Shown here: positions 35,979 to 47,639 of the stretch, in pieces
How positions within the stretch are numbered: the stretch's first letter is position 1
Layout: each line of letters opens with the position of its first letter
Assembly (NCBI GenBank): GCA_947365915.1
Contig: CANAXT010000001.1
Coordinates: forward strand, 7,347 to 71,346
DNA length: 64,000 nt
Source: an uncultured Mycoplasmatota bacterium
GTDB lineage: Bacteria; Bacillota_I; Bacilli_A; RF39; UBA660
Reading direction: 5' to 3'
Translations under genes and position numbers: made by a program
The notes under the pieces: model-generated
What the model was told of the DNA's origin: nothing
Seen by the model: only the letters and a program-made list of their open reading frames with translations
Databases searched by the model: none

Positions 35979-37142
35979 CTACTCACTTTCTATTTTTTCT
36001 TCTACGATTTCTTGATAACTGGTAATATCTTCTAATACAGTAAAAAATACTTCTAGTTCTATTTTACTCTTTTTTACTTCAACTTTCAAATTTTTCGCAC
36101 TAATTATTTTTTCTTTGTCAGTCAGTTGACTCTCCATTTTCTTTTTGGCTAAGTTTTCTGCTTTTGATATGGCTTCATCTTCGGTATTGATTTCATCAAT
36201 TTCGATTGTTTCTTGTTGTTTTTCTTTGTAGAATGTGATGGGCAAAAAAGGATGTGATAGTAATTTTGTTTTTTTTGCTTTTTTGGTGTGAAATTGATTC
36301 CAAGGGTAAAACTGAATGTCATGGTTTAGTAGTTTTAAGGTATAGGCGGTTTGTTCTTTTCCAGTAAGGGTCGTTTCTTGATAGGCAAATGGATAAGAAA
36401 CGGTTACTTTATACCATACTTCTCCATAGATTTTACCTTCTGCTGAAACGGTATTTTTGATTTCTTCGTTTAGTTTTAAGTCCCCACTAATGACAACATC
36501 TCCAGTTTTCACATAATCATTCGTATTTTTGATGATTTCTCCTTTGGAAGCTTCGACTAGTTTTAATATGGCATTTTTTTTGGCGACTACGTTTCTTTTT
36601 GCGTTTGGTTGTTCTATTTTTTCAAGTTTTCTCATTTCAACACGAACCACATATTTGGTTCCGATTGCTTCAATGGATAGCCATTCTATTTTGTCTCGAT
36701 TTTTTTCTGTGATGTCTTGTTTGATTTGTTCTAGTTGTTTGAAGTTTTTTTTGATACTGAGTTCATGAATTCCTCTTTCTTCTAGTTCTCTAGTTAGTAA
36801 TGCTCTTAATTCTTTATTGGTATGCACAATTTCGATTTTGAATATCACGTTGGATAGGAAATAAAGAATTCCAAATCCAATGAAAAGGGCAATCAATAAG
36901 AGTCTACTCTTTTTTATTTTTCGTTTTATTTTTATGATACCTGCGGTTCCTATTGGGTTTATTTCATAGATTGTTTTTATGTCCATCACGGTCTTTAGGT
37001 CTTTTTCGTAAATGGTTATGATCACTGTTTTATAGTTGGGATAGGAAAGTTTTAATATTTCGATTTTGTGTTTGTATAGTTTTTGAATGAATCGTTCTAT
37101 GTTTTTCCCAGTTACCTTTAGAATCACTTTACTTTGAAACAT
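35979..37142 (-). CDS. yqfD: sporulation protein YqfD
   Basis: N-terminal KVILKVTGKNIERFI, a central TM, and size and position next to yqfC. Confidence 0.7.
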   Translation of the reverse strand: MFQSKVILKVTGKNIERFIQKLYKHKIEILKLSYPNYKTVIITIYEKDLKTVMDIKTIYEINPIGTAGIIKIKRKIKKSRLLLIALFIGFGILYFLSNVIFKIEIVHTNKELRALLTRELEERGIHELSIKKNFKQLEQIKQDITEKNRDKIEWLSIEAIGTKYVVRVEMRKLEKIEQPNAKRNVVAKKNAILKLVEASKGEIIKNTNDYVKTGDVVISGDLKLNEEIKNTVSAEGKIYGEVWYKVTVSYPFAYQETTLTGKEQTAYTLKLLNHDIQFYPWNQFHTKKAKKTKLLSHPFLPITFYKEKQQETIEIDEINTEDEAISKAENLAKKKMESQLTDKEKIISAKNLKVEVKKSKIELEVFFTVLEDITSYQEIVEEKIESE

Positions 37143-37146
37143 GTTA

Positions 37147-37386
37147 TCACCTAAATTCTACTGTTTTTATGGTTCCTGAAATCAATATTTCTTCTTGCAT
37201 TAGTTTCGAAACAACGAGTTGTTCTCCATGGATGATTATCTCCCCTTGGTTATAATAGATACTTACTTTTTTAGAGTCAAAATGTCCAATTGATTGATAG
37301 TTTACAACACTGACTTTGTTTTGATAGATATGGATGGAAAATTCTGATTCTAAAATAAAACTACGGACTTCATCAAATAGTTTCAT
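37147..37386 (-). CDS. yqfC: sporulation protein YqfC
   Basis: 79 aa. ...IHGEQLVVSKLMQEEILISGTIKTVEF matches the YqfC family pattern. Confidence 0.65.
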   Translation of the reverse strand: MKLFDEVRSFILESEFSIHIYQNKVSVVNYQSIGHFDSKKVSIYYNQGEIIIHGEQLVVSKLMQEEILISGTIKTVEFR

Positions 37387-37471
37387 CTGACCACCTATTA
37401 CTACTATATGAAAAAAGGAACCAGTCTATGATCCCCTTATTAATATTATACTCGATAAGTTTTCAAATTCC

Positions 37472-37711
37472 TTACTCTATGACGTTTAAATTTCCACCGA
37501 ATTTGATGTCATAATCATCTAATATGTCGTAAAATGTGATTTTGTCTAGTGAAACGACTTCTTTTACATCGATCATGATATCCATGATTCCATATTCGTT
37601 TAGAATATAATAGAGCTTGCGTTTAAGCTCTATTAGGTTTTTATGGTTGGCATTTCCTCTTATTTTTACGTAGAGGATATTTTTACTAAATTCAATTTCG
37701 GTCTTAAACAT
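37472..37711 (-). CDS. small hypothetical protein (79 aa)
   Basis: RBS AGGAG is 9 nt upstream of the MFKTEIEF start. The longer track ORF (254 aa) overlaps the murT start and is treated as an artefact. Confidence 0.4.
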   Translation of the reverse strand: MFKTEIEFSKNILYVKIRGNANHKNLIELKRKLYYILNEYGIMDIMIDVKEVVSLDKITFYDILDDYDIKFGGNLNVIE

Positions 37712-37841
37712 AATTATCAGCTCCTGCTTTACTATATCATTTTTGTTTTTTTCTAGGAACCGATTCGACAAAACTAGAAAAAACTTGTCTTTTATTTGTT
37801 CTTTGTGATAAAATAGTAATACGTTTTTATTGAGGTGAATC

Positions 37842-39164
37842 ATGAAAAAATTTCTACTTATTTTATTAGGCAAATGTGTTATTGTGTTGGGTCGTGTTAT
37901 TCGTAGGGGAAGTTCTCTTCCTGGGGAACTTATTTTAAAGATAGATTCTAATTTTATGAGAAAAATAGAGTTACCAAAAACCGTAATTGCGGTTACAGGG
38001 AGTTCTGGTAAGGGTTCTGTTTCTAGTATGATTCGAAAGGTATATGAGCAAAATGGATATACGGTTGCACATAATTCTAAGGGATCTAATTTGAGTGCGG
38101 GAATTATGACTTTATTATTAGAAAATTCAACGTTGTTTGGGAGAATAAAAAAAGATGTTTTGGTTTTTGAGATTGATGAGCGATATTTAAAGTTTGTGTT
38201 TCCTGTTTTATCTCCTAGCTTTGTAGTGATTACCAATTTAACACGTGATCAACCTCCTAGACAGGGACATTTTGATCTTGTGTTTGAGGAGATGGAAAAA
38301 GCAATTACCAATGATATGCATTTGATTTTAAATGGTGATGATGCTTATCTACATAAGTTTGCTTTTCGTCATAATGGTCCAATTACTTATTATGGTATTT
38401 CTAAGAATAAGTATTCTTATTCTAAAAATAAGTTTCAAAATCTTAATTTGAATTATTGTCCAAAGTGTCATAAAAAATTAGAGTATGATTTTTATCAGTT
38501 TGAGAATTTAGGAAGTTATCATTGTAGTAAGTGTAGTTTTAAAAGACCTAGTATTGATTTTGAGGTTACTCGTTTAAATTTTGAAAATAAAGAAATGGTG
38601 ATTAATGGTTTGTATACGATCCCTATTTCTTCCGAGGTTTTATATGAGGTCTATAATTTGTTAGCGGTTTTTAGTACTGTTGTTACGGTTGGTTTAGATC
38701 CTACTTTGGTCTCTAATAGTATTGGTTTGCTTCCAAAAAAGGTATGTGATGAGTATCAATATGAAGGTAGAATTGTTCATGTTTTAAGTAATAAGAATGA
38801 AAATAGTACAACTTTTAATCAGTCTTTGTTGTTTTTGGAACGCTTTCGTGATTTAAAGACAGTTGTTATTGGTTGGAAAGAAATTAGTAGGCGTTATCAG
38901 TTTGATGATTTATCTTGGTTATATGATATCGATTTTGAGTTGTTGAAAAAGCATGATATTGATAAGATTGTTTGTGTTGGAATTCATCGTTATGATATTG
39001 CAACCAGGATGAAGTATGCTGGTATATCAGAGAAAAAAATTGTTGTTTTTGATGATTTAAGAGAAGCTACTCATGAAATTAAGTTAAAGACAAAGGGAAA
39101 TATATACGCTGTTTTGAATTTTGATTATGTGGAACCATTTAATCGCTATATGAAGGAGAGCTGA
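37842..39164 (+). CDS. murT: lipid II isoglutaminyl synthase subunit MurT (Mur ligase family)
   Basis: VTGSSGKGS P-loop, a Mur-ligase middle domain, and a C4 zinc ribbon CPKCHKK...CSKCSF. Confidence 0.85.
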   Translation: MKKFLLILLGKCVIVLGRVIRRGSSLPGELILKIDSNFMRKIELPKTVIAVTGSSGKGSVSSMIRKVYEQNGYTVAHNSKGSNLSAGIMTLLLENSTLFGRIKKDVLVFEIDERYLKFVFPVLSPSFVVITNLTRDQPPRQGHFDLVFEEMEKAITNDMHLILNGDDAYLHKFAFRHNGPITYYGISKNKYSYSKNKFQNLNLNYCPKCHKKLEYDFYQFENLGSYHCSKCSFKRPSIDFEVTRLNFENKEMVINGLYTIPISSEVLYEVYNLLAVFSTVVTVGLDPTLVSNSIGLLPKKVCDEYQYEGRIVHVLSNKNENSTTFNQSLLFLERFRDLKTVVIGWKEISRRYQFDDLSWLYDIDFELLKKHDIDKIVCVGIHRYDIATRMKYAGISEKKIVVFDDLREATHEIKLKTKGNIYAVLNFDYVEPFNRYMKES

Positions 39165-39169
39165 GATTC

Positions 39170-39919
39170 ATGAATATTACAATTGCCCATTTTTATTATG
39201 ATTTGTTAAATTTGTATGGGGAAAGTGGTAATGTGAAGGCATTACAATATCAGTTAGAAAATCAAGGAATTCGTGTAAAAATACAGTTTGTTACAATTGG
39301 AGATACGCCTGATTTTAGTAAGTATGATTTTATTTATATGGGGGCTGGAACGGAAGCGAATCAAAAGCTTGCTTTAAAGCATTTGATGAAGTATAAGGAT
39401 GAAGTGAAAAATGCGATTCATCAAGGAAAGTTTTTTTTGGTTACTGGGAATTCGTTGGAATTATTTGGAAAATGTATTATTAATAAGAATGAGAAAAAGG
39501 TTCGTGCGCTTCATGTTTTTGATTTTTATACAAAAGAGGAAAATTTTAGGATGGTCGATGAGGCTTTGGTAAAATCTAAGTTTATGAAGCCCTATCTGAT
39601 TGGGTTTCAAAATCAAAGCAGTGTGATTAAGGGCAATGATAATTTTATGTTTGAAGTTATTAAAGGGATTGGTAGTTTTCCAAATAGTAAGATTGAAGGA
39701 GTTCAATCAAATAATTTCTATGGTACTTATTTGATTGGTCCCATTTTGGTTCGTAATCCTGAGTTTTTAAAGTATATGGTGAAAAAGTTAGTGACAAGTA
39801 AAAATGAGAATTTTAAGTTTCAGCGCTTTAATTTGACTTTGGAAAATAAGGCCTATCAAGAGTTTATGAAAAATTATTATAAAGAATATGTGAGTATACA
39901 AAAAAGTGGTCAATTGTGA
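39170..39919 (+). CDS. gatD: lipid II isoglutaminyl synthase glutaminase subunit GatD (CobQ-type GATase)
   Basis: GATase1-like. It lies immediately downstream of murT. Confidence 0.8.
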   Translation: MNITIAHFYYDLLNLYGESGNVKALQYQLENQGIRVKIQFVTIGDTPDFSKYDFIYMGAGTEANQKLALKHLMKYKDEVKNAIHQGKFFLVTGNSLELFGKCIINKNEKKVRALHVFDFYTKEENFRMVDEALVKSKFMKPYLIGFQNQSSVIKGNDNFMFEVIKGIGSFPNSKIEGVQSNNFYGTYLIGPILVRNPEFLKYMVKKLVTSKNENFKFQRFNLTLENKAYQEFMKNYYKEYVSIQKSGQL

Positions 39920-39932
39920 TCACTCTTTTTTG

Positions 39933-42776
39933 TTAGTCTAATAGGACTACTCGGAAGGAGAAATTAGTAACTGCAAGACCACTATAATGATCAAAAGTGA
40001 AAATTCCTGCAAGAGTCTTATTTTCGTATCTACCACCACGAATGAACCATGGAGCCTTGACAGAGAAAATAATAGTACTATCAAAATACCATCCGCTCGT
40101 CTCACTTAGGGCATGCCCATAACATATTCCTCCGTTACATGCTGTTTCTATTGAATTGCTCGCATAATTATCATAATATTTATTTGCTGGTAAACTATTA
40201 AACCCTGCATTTCCTATTGTACTATTATATACCCCCATTACGTATTCATATGCTCCTCCGCTCATGTCATATACTCCGTATATTGTTCCTGTTGTACTTG
40301 CTCCTGTTCCCGCTAGACTGATATTATATTTATTTATGCAAGTTGTTGTTTCTTTACCATTTGGTGTCCCTGCACTACAGCCTGTTATACAATTACTATT
40401 ATTGTTGATATATACTTCTTTATTTACTCCTGTGTAATTACTGTTCCCATATTTTCCATATTTACTCTGACTTAAGTACGCTACTGCTCCCCATTCACTG
40501 TTCTTCATCATATGCGAATCCGCACTCGTACTTATTCCGTAACTATTTCCTGATGCACTAAATTTTTGTGCTGTTGTAAACTGCGTACTTACATCCTGAT
40601 TTGTTATCGAACTTGAATTTGGTTTTATCATTGGTGTTGTCGCATTTCCCGTTGTTTCAAATTTTCCTACCCATATTCCTGCTAATTCTTGATTTCCAAA
40701 ATTAAACGCTGGATGTATCTTGTAATTATTACTTGGACTTGTCTTACTTGTTGTTATAAAGTTTATATTTATCTGGCCTGGAGTTGATTCACTTCCTCCT
40801 GCATAATTCACTATATTTACATAATCATATTCATATCTTGGGATCCATACAAAATATGCATTTATCGCACTCTCCGGTATAGAATCACCTACTGCTGCAT
40901 TCCGATAACTACTTGTTACTGCTGCTGCATTTGCCCACATCTGAGTATTATAATCATACCATTGATTTGCTCCGCTTCCATTATTCTCATCTGCTCTTAT
41001 CCATGTACTTCCATTCCATTTAATTGGGATAAGTCCATTTGACAATGTTGGCTTATTCGCTCCTGTCGTATCTACATTTGGCACTTTTACAACAATTGTT
41101 TTATTTGCTGATTTTTTTAATCCAGTATTTCCTGTTGCTGTACATGTTATTGTATGAGTTCCGACTGCTAAGCTACTTGTATTTGTTACTGTAGTTGATC
41201 CATTCTTACAAACTATACTTCCTGTTCCACTTATTCCCCATATTGGTGTATTAAAGTAACTTGTAATTACATTACTTGCTCCTTCTAAAATCGTTACTGG
41301 ATCAGTAGATTTTACTGTATATGTTGGTTCTGTCACATCAATTTTATATTGATCACTTGTATCTTCATTTGTATTACCATGGATGTCACTTCCTGTTAAT
41401 TTAATAATATAAATTCCACTCTCATTTAACTCTATATCTACTTCTGTACTTTTCCCACTTACACTTACATTTTGGATTCCCTTTGATACTCCATCTTTGA
41501 TCACTTCATATGTAAATGTCTTTAAATTACTGTTGTCAGTTGCTGTTACTGTAATTGTTTGACTCTGCGTCCATAATTCACTCCCCCGATTACTAAAGTT
41601 TAGTATTGGTCCTTCCGCTTCTACTACTGTAAACTTCCTTACAACACTTTCTTCATTTCCTGCTTCATCTATTACCTTATATGTTACAGTCTGTTCTCCT
41701 AATACAGCTGATAATCCACCAATCGTTTCTACTGTTGGATTTTGATCTACATTGTCACTAACTATAACTCCAGTCATTAAGTCATAACTTGTTACTTCTG
41801 TAATCTTAATATTTGTATTTTCTGGAACTGTAATACTTGGTTTTGTTTGATCTATTTTATAGATTTTACTTAATGTATTTGTATGACTGTTGTCATCTGT
41901 TACTGTAACTACTATTTCATAAAGTCCTGTTTCATTTAATGTTAAAGTCTTAGTTAATCCTGATACCGTTTCAGTTTTGATACTCGTTCCATCTTTTTTA
42001 ATCTCATATATAAAACCTTCTACTTTATTTGGTCTTATTCCACTTACACTAATTAAAACCTCCTTTTCTTTTACATAAGTTTCATTACTCTCTGTCATTG
42101 TAATTACTGGTGTCATAGAAAGTACTACTACAGTTCTAGTAATAGTTGCTACTTTATCATTACTACTTGTACTATAAATAACCTTATATGTTCCTTCTAC
42201 TGAAGTATCTATATTACTTATAACTTCATCATTCTTCTTTATTTCACTTGTATATTCAAGAACATCTCCACCTCTAGTTTGAGCTGCTGCTCCTAATTCT
42301 TCATATGTTCCATCAATTTCTACATACACTGTTGCATCCCCATTTAATGTAATTACAGGATCTTTTTCATTTTCAGACAACATACATTTTCCTTTTTCAT
42401 ATTTAGAAAGTGTTACTTCACTATCTAAAAATCCTTTGATTGCACACCATTCATTGTTATGAATCGCTACACTAATTTCTCCATTTGGAGTTATAGTTAG
42501 CATTCCACCTTTTGGACTAGATCCACTATACTCTAATCCAACTGGTTTTCCACTATCAAAAGAAAATGTTTTTTCTTCCGATAATCCTCCATCTAAAATA
42601 CTTTCCGCATATAATAATTTCGCACTTTCTATTAATCCATAAGTACTATCTTTAAAAGCGCTTTTCTTAGATTTCTCTACAATATTTAATATAATTGGTA
42701 CCGCAATTAACGCAATAATTGCAAGTATTACAATTACTGCTAGTAACTCAATTAAAGTAAAACCTTTCTTCTTCAT
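39933..42776 (-). CDS. 947-aa protein with a prepilin-type N-terminal leader, multiple Ig-like domains and a C-terminal FGE-sulfatase (SUMF1)-like domain
   Basis: The N-terminus MKKKGFTLIELLAVIVILAIIALIAVPII is a class III (type IV pilin/ComGC-like) signal. The C-terminus ...WFIRGGRYENKTLAGIFTFDHYSGLAVTNFSFRVV has the FGE RGGxW...GFR motifs. Local GC is visibly higher than the surroundings. Confidence 0.65.
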   Translation of the reverse strand: MKKKGFTLIELLAVIVILAIIALIAVPIILNIVEKSKKSAFKDSTYGLIESAKLLYAESILDGGLSEEKTFSFDSGKPVGLEYSGSSPKGGMLTITPNGEISVAIHNNEWCAIKGFLDSEVTLSKYEKGKCMLSENEKDPVITLNGDATVYVEIDGTYEELGAAAQTRGGDVLEYTSEIKKNDEVISNIDTSVEGTYKVIYSTSSNDKVATITRTVVVLSMTPVITMTESNETYVKEKEVLISVSGIRPNKVEGFIYEIKKDGTSIKTETVSGLTKTLTLNETGLYEIVVTVTDDNSHTNTLSKIYKIDQTKPSITVPENTNIKITEVTSYDLMTGVIVSDNVDQNPTVETIGGLSAVLGEQTVTYKVIDEAGNEESVVRKFTVVEAEGPILNFSNRGSELWTQSQTITVTATDNSNLKTFTYEVIKDGVSKGIQNVSVSGKSTEVDIELNESGIYIIKLTGSDIHGNTNEDTSDQYKIDVTEPTYTVKSTDPVTILEGASNVITSYFNTPIWGISGTGSIVCKNGSTTVTNTSSLAVGTHTITCTATGNTGLKKSANKTIVVKVPNVDTTGANKPTLSNGLIPIKWNGSTWIRADENNGSGANQWYDYNTQMWANAAAVTSSYRNAAVGDSIPESAINAYFVWIPRYEYDYVNIVNYAGGSESTPGQININFITTSKTSPSNNYKIHPAFNFGNQELAGIWVGKFETTGNATTPMIKPNSSSITNQDVSTQFTTAQKFSASGNSYGISTSADSHMMKNSEWGAVAYLSQSKYGKYGNSNYTGVNKEVYINNNSNCITGCSAGTPNGKETTTCINKYNISLAGTGASTTGTIYGVYDMSGGAYEYVMGVYNSTIGNAGFNSLPANKYYDNYASNSIETACNGGICYGHALSETSGWYFDSTIIFSVKAPWFIRGGRYENKTLAGIFTFDHYSGLAVTNFSFRVVLLD

Positions 42777-43121
42777 TTAGCCATCTCCATTCTAAATATA
42801 TTATAGTCTAGTATAGGCTATAAATCAAGTTTTTGTTTTCTATTCCTTATTATGAATAACAAATGAAAAACTATACCTTTTCCTTCTATTACGTTATACT
42901 AGAGCATTTAAAAATTGTCAAAAAAACTTTAATATCTTCTTAAAGTTTCTATTTTTCATCATGTTTTTAATTTATTTTTTCATATAATTTAGAATATAAA
43001 ATAAACGGTTCGTGCCAATTTTCATAATATCTCATAATAGCATCTCTAGAAGAAATCCTAATTCTACCAATTTTTTTAGGAAGTTGGAACTGTTTTTTTC
43101 TAAAATAGATACAAAAAAATC

Positions 43122-44003
43122 CTAGTTTTCACTAAGACCTTTCTCTATTTGTTCCACATGTTCTTTTGATAATTCTGTAATTTCCATAATCGTTTCCATA
43201 TCAAATCCTTTATGAAACATATTTTTTACAGTTTCGCTTTTTCCTTGTTCAACTCCTTTTAGTCTGGCCTCTTCTATGTAAGTATTTTGTTCCAGTACTT
43301 TTTTAGGTAGTTCCATAAATAATCCTACGATTTCTTCATCTTTGCTGTATTTGTCTATTTCGTCCACTAATTTTTCATTTGATTCTCTACTCATTAAATC
43401 ATCCCCAATCGCTTCCTTTAGTTCTTTTTCAGTTGTTGACGTGAATACTTTACACCATTTCATAATCCTCTCATCTTTACTAGTATACCACAGTTTTGAT
43501 CCTAGTACCATATCTATGATATCGATTTGAAATTTTTTTGATAGAATCTCTCCTTTTTCATTGGTTAGAAAATATGATTCTTTGATGTCTTTTTCATTAC
43601 ACCTAAAGTTATTTAATTGAATTTGTAGGGTTCTTTCAATATGGGTGTAATCATTGTCACCATATTTGAGTCGTCTTCCATGGATACTACAAGCAGATAC
43701 TAAATTTCTTTCAGTGATATATTCAGAACCTCGATTGGATAGCTCAATGTTGATTTTTTCTTGTCCAAAACGGATGACTAAATCGACTTGGATATTTTTG
43801 TCTTTTTTGTGCTCAAGTTTTAAATCTCTAGGTTGTATGGTTACATTTCCTTTGATTTTATTATATGGGATTTTTAGATAATCTGATAGAAAGTACTCTA
43901 TTAAGTCAATATTGTCTGGATTATTAAATATGGCAGCAAATACGTAATCAAATGAGAGTGGAACGATTTCTCCTGGAGCTAATGTTTGCTTTCTTTTGTT
44001 CAT
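43122..44003 (-). CDS. Rpn/YhgA-family recombination-promoting nuclease / putative transposase (PD-(D/E)XK)
   Basis: N-terminus LSFDYVFAAIFNNP. C-terminus GVEQGKSETVKNMFHKGFDMETIMEITELSKEHVEQI, which resembles the E. coli RpnA C-terminal repeats. Confidence 0.65.
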   Translation of the reverse strand: MNKRKQTLAPGEIVPLSFDYVFAAIFNNPDNIDLIEYFLSDYLKIPYNKIKGNVTIQPRDLKLEHKKDKNIQVDLVIRFGQEKINIELSNRGSEYITERNLVSACSIHGRRLKYGDNDYTHIERTLQIQLNNFRCNEKDIKESYFLTNEKGEILSKKFQIDIIDMVLGSKLWYTSKDERIMKWCKVFTSTTEKELKEAIGDDLMSRESNEKLVDEIDKYSKDEEIVGLFMELPKKVLEQNTYIEEARLKGVEQGKSETVKNMFHKGFDMETIMEITELSKEHVEQIEKGLSEN

Positions 44004-44159
44004 AGTGCTCCTCCTTTCGAATATCAGATTATCATTTAGGAGTCAGTAACACAAATGATATTTTTTCAAAATCTGTTTTGTTTTATTATGTAATTTTTTT
44101 AATTTTGTTTATCAAATTTCTTTTAATTGATTATAAAAATTTTACAAAAAAATAAAGTT

Positions 44160-44188
44160 TAAAAAAAGATGAAAAATTTTATTCATCT
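44160..44188 (-). terminator. terminator downstream of pheT
   Basis: Stem AGATGAA/TTCATCT overlaps the stop codon. UUUUUUU follows on the minus strand. Confidence 0.5.
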
Positions 44189-46568
44189 ATTTGTTTCTAA
44201 GTACTGCATTTAAATTTGTTGTCACATCTTTAATGATTTGTTCAAATATATCAGTTACTTCTTCATCATTTAATGTTCTATTTGGATCACTAAAGGTAAG
44301 AGCATACGCAATCGATTTTTCATCTTGCCCTACATTTTCACCAACATACACATCAAATACATCAATATTAGTTAATAATCTTCCTCCAGATTTTTTTATA
44401 ATCTCTTCTATTTCTTTTGAATTAACTTTTTGATTTACAATGAAAGCTACATCTTTTTTGACACTTGGAAATTTAGGAATTTCTTTAAATTTAATTGACT
44501 TTATTTTCAATTCTAATATTTTTTGTAGGTTTAGTTCAAAAACATATACTTCTTTTTTACAAATACTAGGATGTACTCTTCCTATAAAGCCAATTGGATT
44601 TTTATCGATTACAATTCTTGCACTCATTCCAGGATGCAATTCTGCAACTAAATTTTCAATATCAAATTGGTAACGATTTTGAAACCCTAAATATATAAGT
44701 AAGTTTTCTATGATTCCTTTTACCAAATAAAAATCTATTTTTAAGTTTCTATTTTGCCATGTATTTTCTTCGTAAATCCCACTCATTAATCCTGATAACA
44801 TCATATCTTCTTTGTATTTTTCTTGTTCTAAATAATAAACAGAACCTGTTTCAAAAATGGATATATCATGTATGTTTCTGGCTATATTATACTCATATAC
44901 ATGAATTAATGATGGAATTAATGATTGTCTCATCATTTTACGATCTTCACTCATTGGTGATTCTAATACAACTGGTTTTTGTTTTTGATGAAACAGTGGT
45001 ATTTCTTTTTCGCTTACTAAAGAATAGGTAATCACTTGCTTTAGTCCTAAAGCACATAATCGGTTTCTGATGTCTCGTTCTAATTTCCTTTTTTTTGAAT
45101 ATGTTCCTTTTTTGATTGGTGTTGTTGGAAGGGTTCCTACTACTTTGTTATATCCATATATTTTTCCAATTTCCGCAATCAAGTCTTCTTTTATGTTTAC
45201 ATCGAGCCTTCTTGTTGGTACGGATACTTCAAACGTGTTATCTTTTATTTGGTGTTCAAATCCAAGACGATTTAAAATATCACTTACCTCTTCTTTTGTT
45301 ATGTTCATACCTAGTACGCTATTGATTTTTTCTAAAGAAAGTTCTATTTTTTTGTCTTGTTTGTTTGTTTTATCATATTCTAATACTCCAGAGCAAACTT
45401 CTCCATTGGCATATTGTTCTAATAATTCACAGGCACGGTTTAAAGCAAGTAAAGTTCTAGATGGATCAATTCCTTTTTCATATCTACTACTTGCTTCACT
45501 TCTTAAAATTGATTTTGAAGTATAACGAATATGAATTGGATCAAAAATAGCAGCTTCAATAAAAATATTTTTGGTGTCTTTTTCTATTTCTGTTTCTAAT
45601 CCTCCCATGACTCCTGCCAGTGCTACTGCCTTTTTGGAATCTGTAATGACTATGTCTGAAGTTTTTAGTGTCCTTTCTTTTCCATCTAACGTTGTTAATG
45701 TTTCTGATTCTTTTGCCATTCTTACTTCTATTTTGTCTCCTAATCGATCTTTGTCAAAGAAATGAAGTGGTTGACCATATTCTAGCATCACGTAATTACT
45801 AATATCGACTACATTATTAATTGGTCTTATTCCGCTCGCCATTAATCGATTTTTAATAAATTTTGGGCTTTCTTTGATTTCAACATTTTTTACGATTTTT
45901 CCAAGATAAATAGAACAGTTTTCGGTATTTACTTCTAATTTCATGATGTCATTCATGTTTTCTTTTGTTTCATGAAGTGTTATTGTAGGTAATTTTACTT
46001 TGCGGTTGTAGATGGCTCCTATTTCATAAGCCATTCCAATAATGCTTAATAAATCGGCTCTATCCGCAGTTAGTTCGAAATCAATAATTTCATCATCAAA
46101 TCCAAGATAATGTAGTGCATCTTCTCCAATTTTGGCATCTTCTCCAAGAATGTGAATGCCTTTTGTATCTTCTTCTGTTAAGTATTTTGATTCTAGTCCT
46201 AATTCTGCTATGGAACAAATCATTCCATTGGATTCCATTCCTGCTAGTTTGGCTTTTTTAATGGTTCCTCCTGGTAAGGTGGCTCCTACTGGAGCAACTA
46301 TTACTTTTTGTTTTGCTTTTATGTTTGGAGCTCCACATAAGATTTGAACGGTTTTATTTCCTAGGTTTACTTTACAAATATGTAAGTGATCTGAATTTTC
46401 ATGTTTCGTACATTCTTCTACATATCCTACGATTAATCCTTTTGCTTTACAAAGGGGTTCTATGCTTTCATATTCGTTTCCTGCAAATACCATTTTGTCT
46501 GCTACTTCTTGATAAGAAATATCAGATAGGTCAATATAGTCTTTTATAAAGTCTTTGCTTAGTCTCAT
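44187..46568 (-). CDS. pheT: phenylalanine--tRNA ligase beta subunit
   Basis: 793 aa with tRNA-binding, B3/B4 and B5 domains. [14 protein letters not shown]... is the typical N-terminus. Confidence 0.9.
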   Translation of the reverse strand: MRLSKDFIKDYIDLSDISYQEVADKMVFAGNEYESIEPLCKAKGLIVGYVEECTKHENSDHLHICKVNLGNKTVQILCGAPNIKAKQKVIVAPVGATLPGGTIKKAKLAGMESNGMICSIAELGLESKYLTEEDTKGIHILGEDAKIGEDALHYLGFDDEIIDFELTADRADLLSIIGMAYEIGAIYNRKVKLPTITLHETKENMNDIMKLEVNTENCSIYLGKIVKNVEIKESPKFIKNRLMASGIRPINNVVDISNYVMLEYGQPLHFFDKDRLGDKIEVRMAKESETLTTLDGKERTLKTSDIVITDSKKAVALAGVMGGLETEIEKDTKNIFIEAAIFDPIHIRYTSKSILRSEASSRYEKGIDPSRTLLALNRACELLEQYANGEVCSGVLEYDKTNKQDKKIELSLEKINSVLGMNITKEEVSDILNRLGFEHQIKDNTFEVSVPTRRLDVNIKEDLIAEIGKIYGYNKVVGTLPTTPIKKGTYSKKRKLERDIRNRLCALGLKQVITYSLVSEKEIPLFHQKQKPVVLESPMSEDRKMMRQSLIPSLIHVYEYNIARNIHDISIFETGSVYYLEQEKYKEDMMLSGLMSGIYEENTWQNRNLKIDFYLVKGIIENLLIYLGFQNRYQFDIENLVAELHPGMSARIVIDKNPIGFIGRVHPSICKKEVYVFELNLQKILELKIKSIKFKEIPKFPSVKKDVAFIVNQKVNSKEIEEIIKKSGGRLLTNIDVFDVYVGENVGQDEKSIAYALTFSDPNRTLNDEEVTDIFEQIIKDVTTNLNAVLRNK

Positions 46569-47617
46569 TTTTCTTCACTCCCTTCTACTCGATTAAAGTT
46601 TTCTAAAAAGCGTAAGTCATTTGTGTAAAAATGACGGATATCGTTGATTCCATATTTTAACATGGCTACTCTTTCTGGTCCAATTCCAAAGGCAAAGCCT
46701 GTATATTTTTCTGGATCATAGCCACATCCTCTTAATACGTTTGGATGAACCATTCCAGATCCTAGTATTTCGATCCAACCAGTTCCTTTACAAATAGAGC
46801 ATCCAACGCCTCCACATTTAAAGCAGCTTACATCTACTTCTAGGCTTGGTTCTGTAAATGGAAAAAAGCTTGGTCTAAAACGAACTTCACGATCACTTCC
46901 GAATAGTTTTTTGGCTATTTCTTCTAAGGTTCCTTTTAAGTGAGATAGATTGATATTTTCTCCTACTACCAGTCCTTCTATTTGGGTAAATTGATGAGAA
47001 TGGGTTGCATCATCGTCATCTCTTCTGTATACTTTACCAGGACAAATCACTCGGATTGGTGTTTTTTCTAAGTTGGCATCCATCGTTCTTGCTTGAACTG
47101 GTGATGTTTGGGTACGTAGTAACATTTCTTCTGTGATATAAAAGCTATCTTGGGCATCTCTTGCTGGATGTCCTTTTGGAAGATTTAGTTTTTCAAAGTT
47201 ATATAAGTCTTCTTCTATTTCTGGTCCTTCTACGACATCATATCCCATAGAAATAAACAAATCTTCTATTTCTTCTATGACTTTGGTAAGGGGATGGATT
47301 CCTCCTATGTGAAGTTTTGTACTTGGAAGGGTAATGTCAATTTTTTCAGTTTCTAGTTTTTTATTCAATTCTTGTTCTTCTAGAGTTTTACGTGTTTGTT
47401 CAAATAAGGTATTTGTTTCATTTTTGAGTTCGTTTAAGATTTTTCCAAATTCTTTTTTTTCTTCTATTGATAGTTCTTTCATCATAGAAGTTAGTTCATT
47501 TATTGGTCCTTTTTTTCCTAAGTATTTCACTTTTAGGTCATTTAATTCTTTTACTGAAGCTACTGATTTTAAGCTTTCTTTTATTTCTTGTTTTAAAGCT
47601 TCTACTTTTTCTTTCAT
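46565..47617 (-). CDS. pheS: phenylalanine--tRNA ligase alpha subunit
   Basis: Class II aaRS motifs. The start was set at the [13 protein letters not shown], which has an RBS. The track start is a TTG inside the RBS. Confidence 0.9.
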   Translation of the reverse strand: MKEKVEALKQEIKESLKSVASVKELNDLKVKYLGKKGPINELTSMMKELSIEEKKEFGKILNELKNETNTLFEQTRKTLEEQELNKKLETEKIDITLPSTKLHIGGIHPLTKVIEEIEDLFISMGYDVVEGPEIEEDLYNFEKLNLPKGHPARDAQDSFYITEEMLLRTQTSPVQARTMDANLEKTPIRVICPGKVYRRDDDDATHSHQFTQIEGLVVGENINLSHLKGTLEEIAKKLFGSDREVRFRPSFFPFTEPSLEVDVSCFKCGGVGCSICKGTGWIEILGSGMVHPNVLRGCGYDPEKYTGFAFGIGPERVAMLKYGINDIRHFYTNDLRFLENFNRVEGSEEK

Positions 47618-47639
47618 TTTATCAATTCCTTTCAAAAAA

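Noticed and set aside
37472-38236. 254-aa minus-strand ORF from the track
   Set aside because: The N-terminal 175 codons overlap the murT promoter and 5' coding region and have no RBS. Only the last 79 codons (from MFKTEIEF, RBS AGGAG) are plausible, and these are annotated as 37472-37711.
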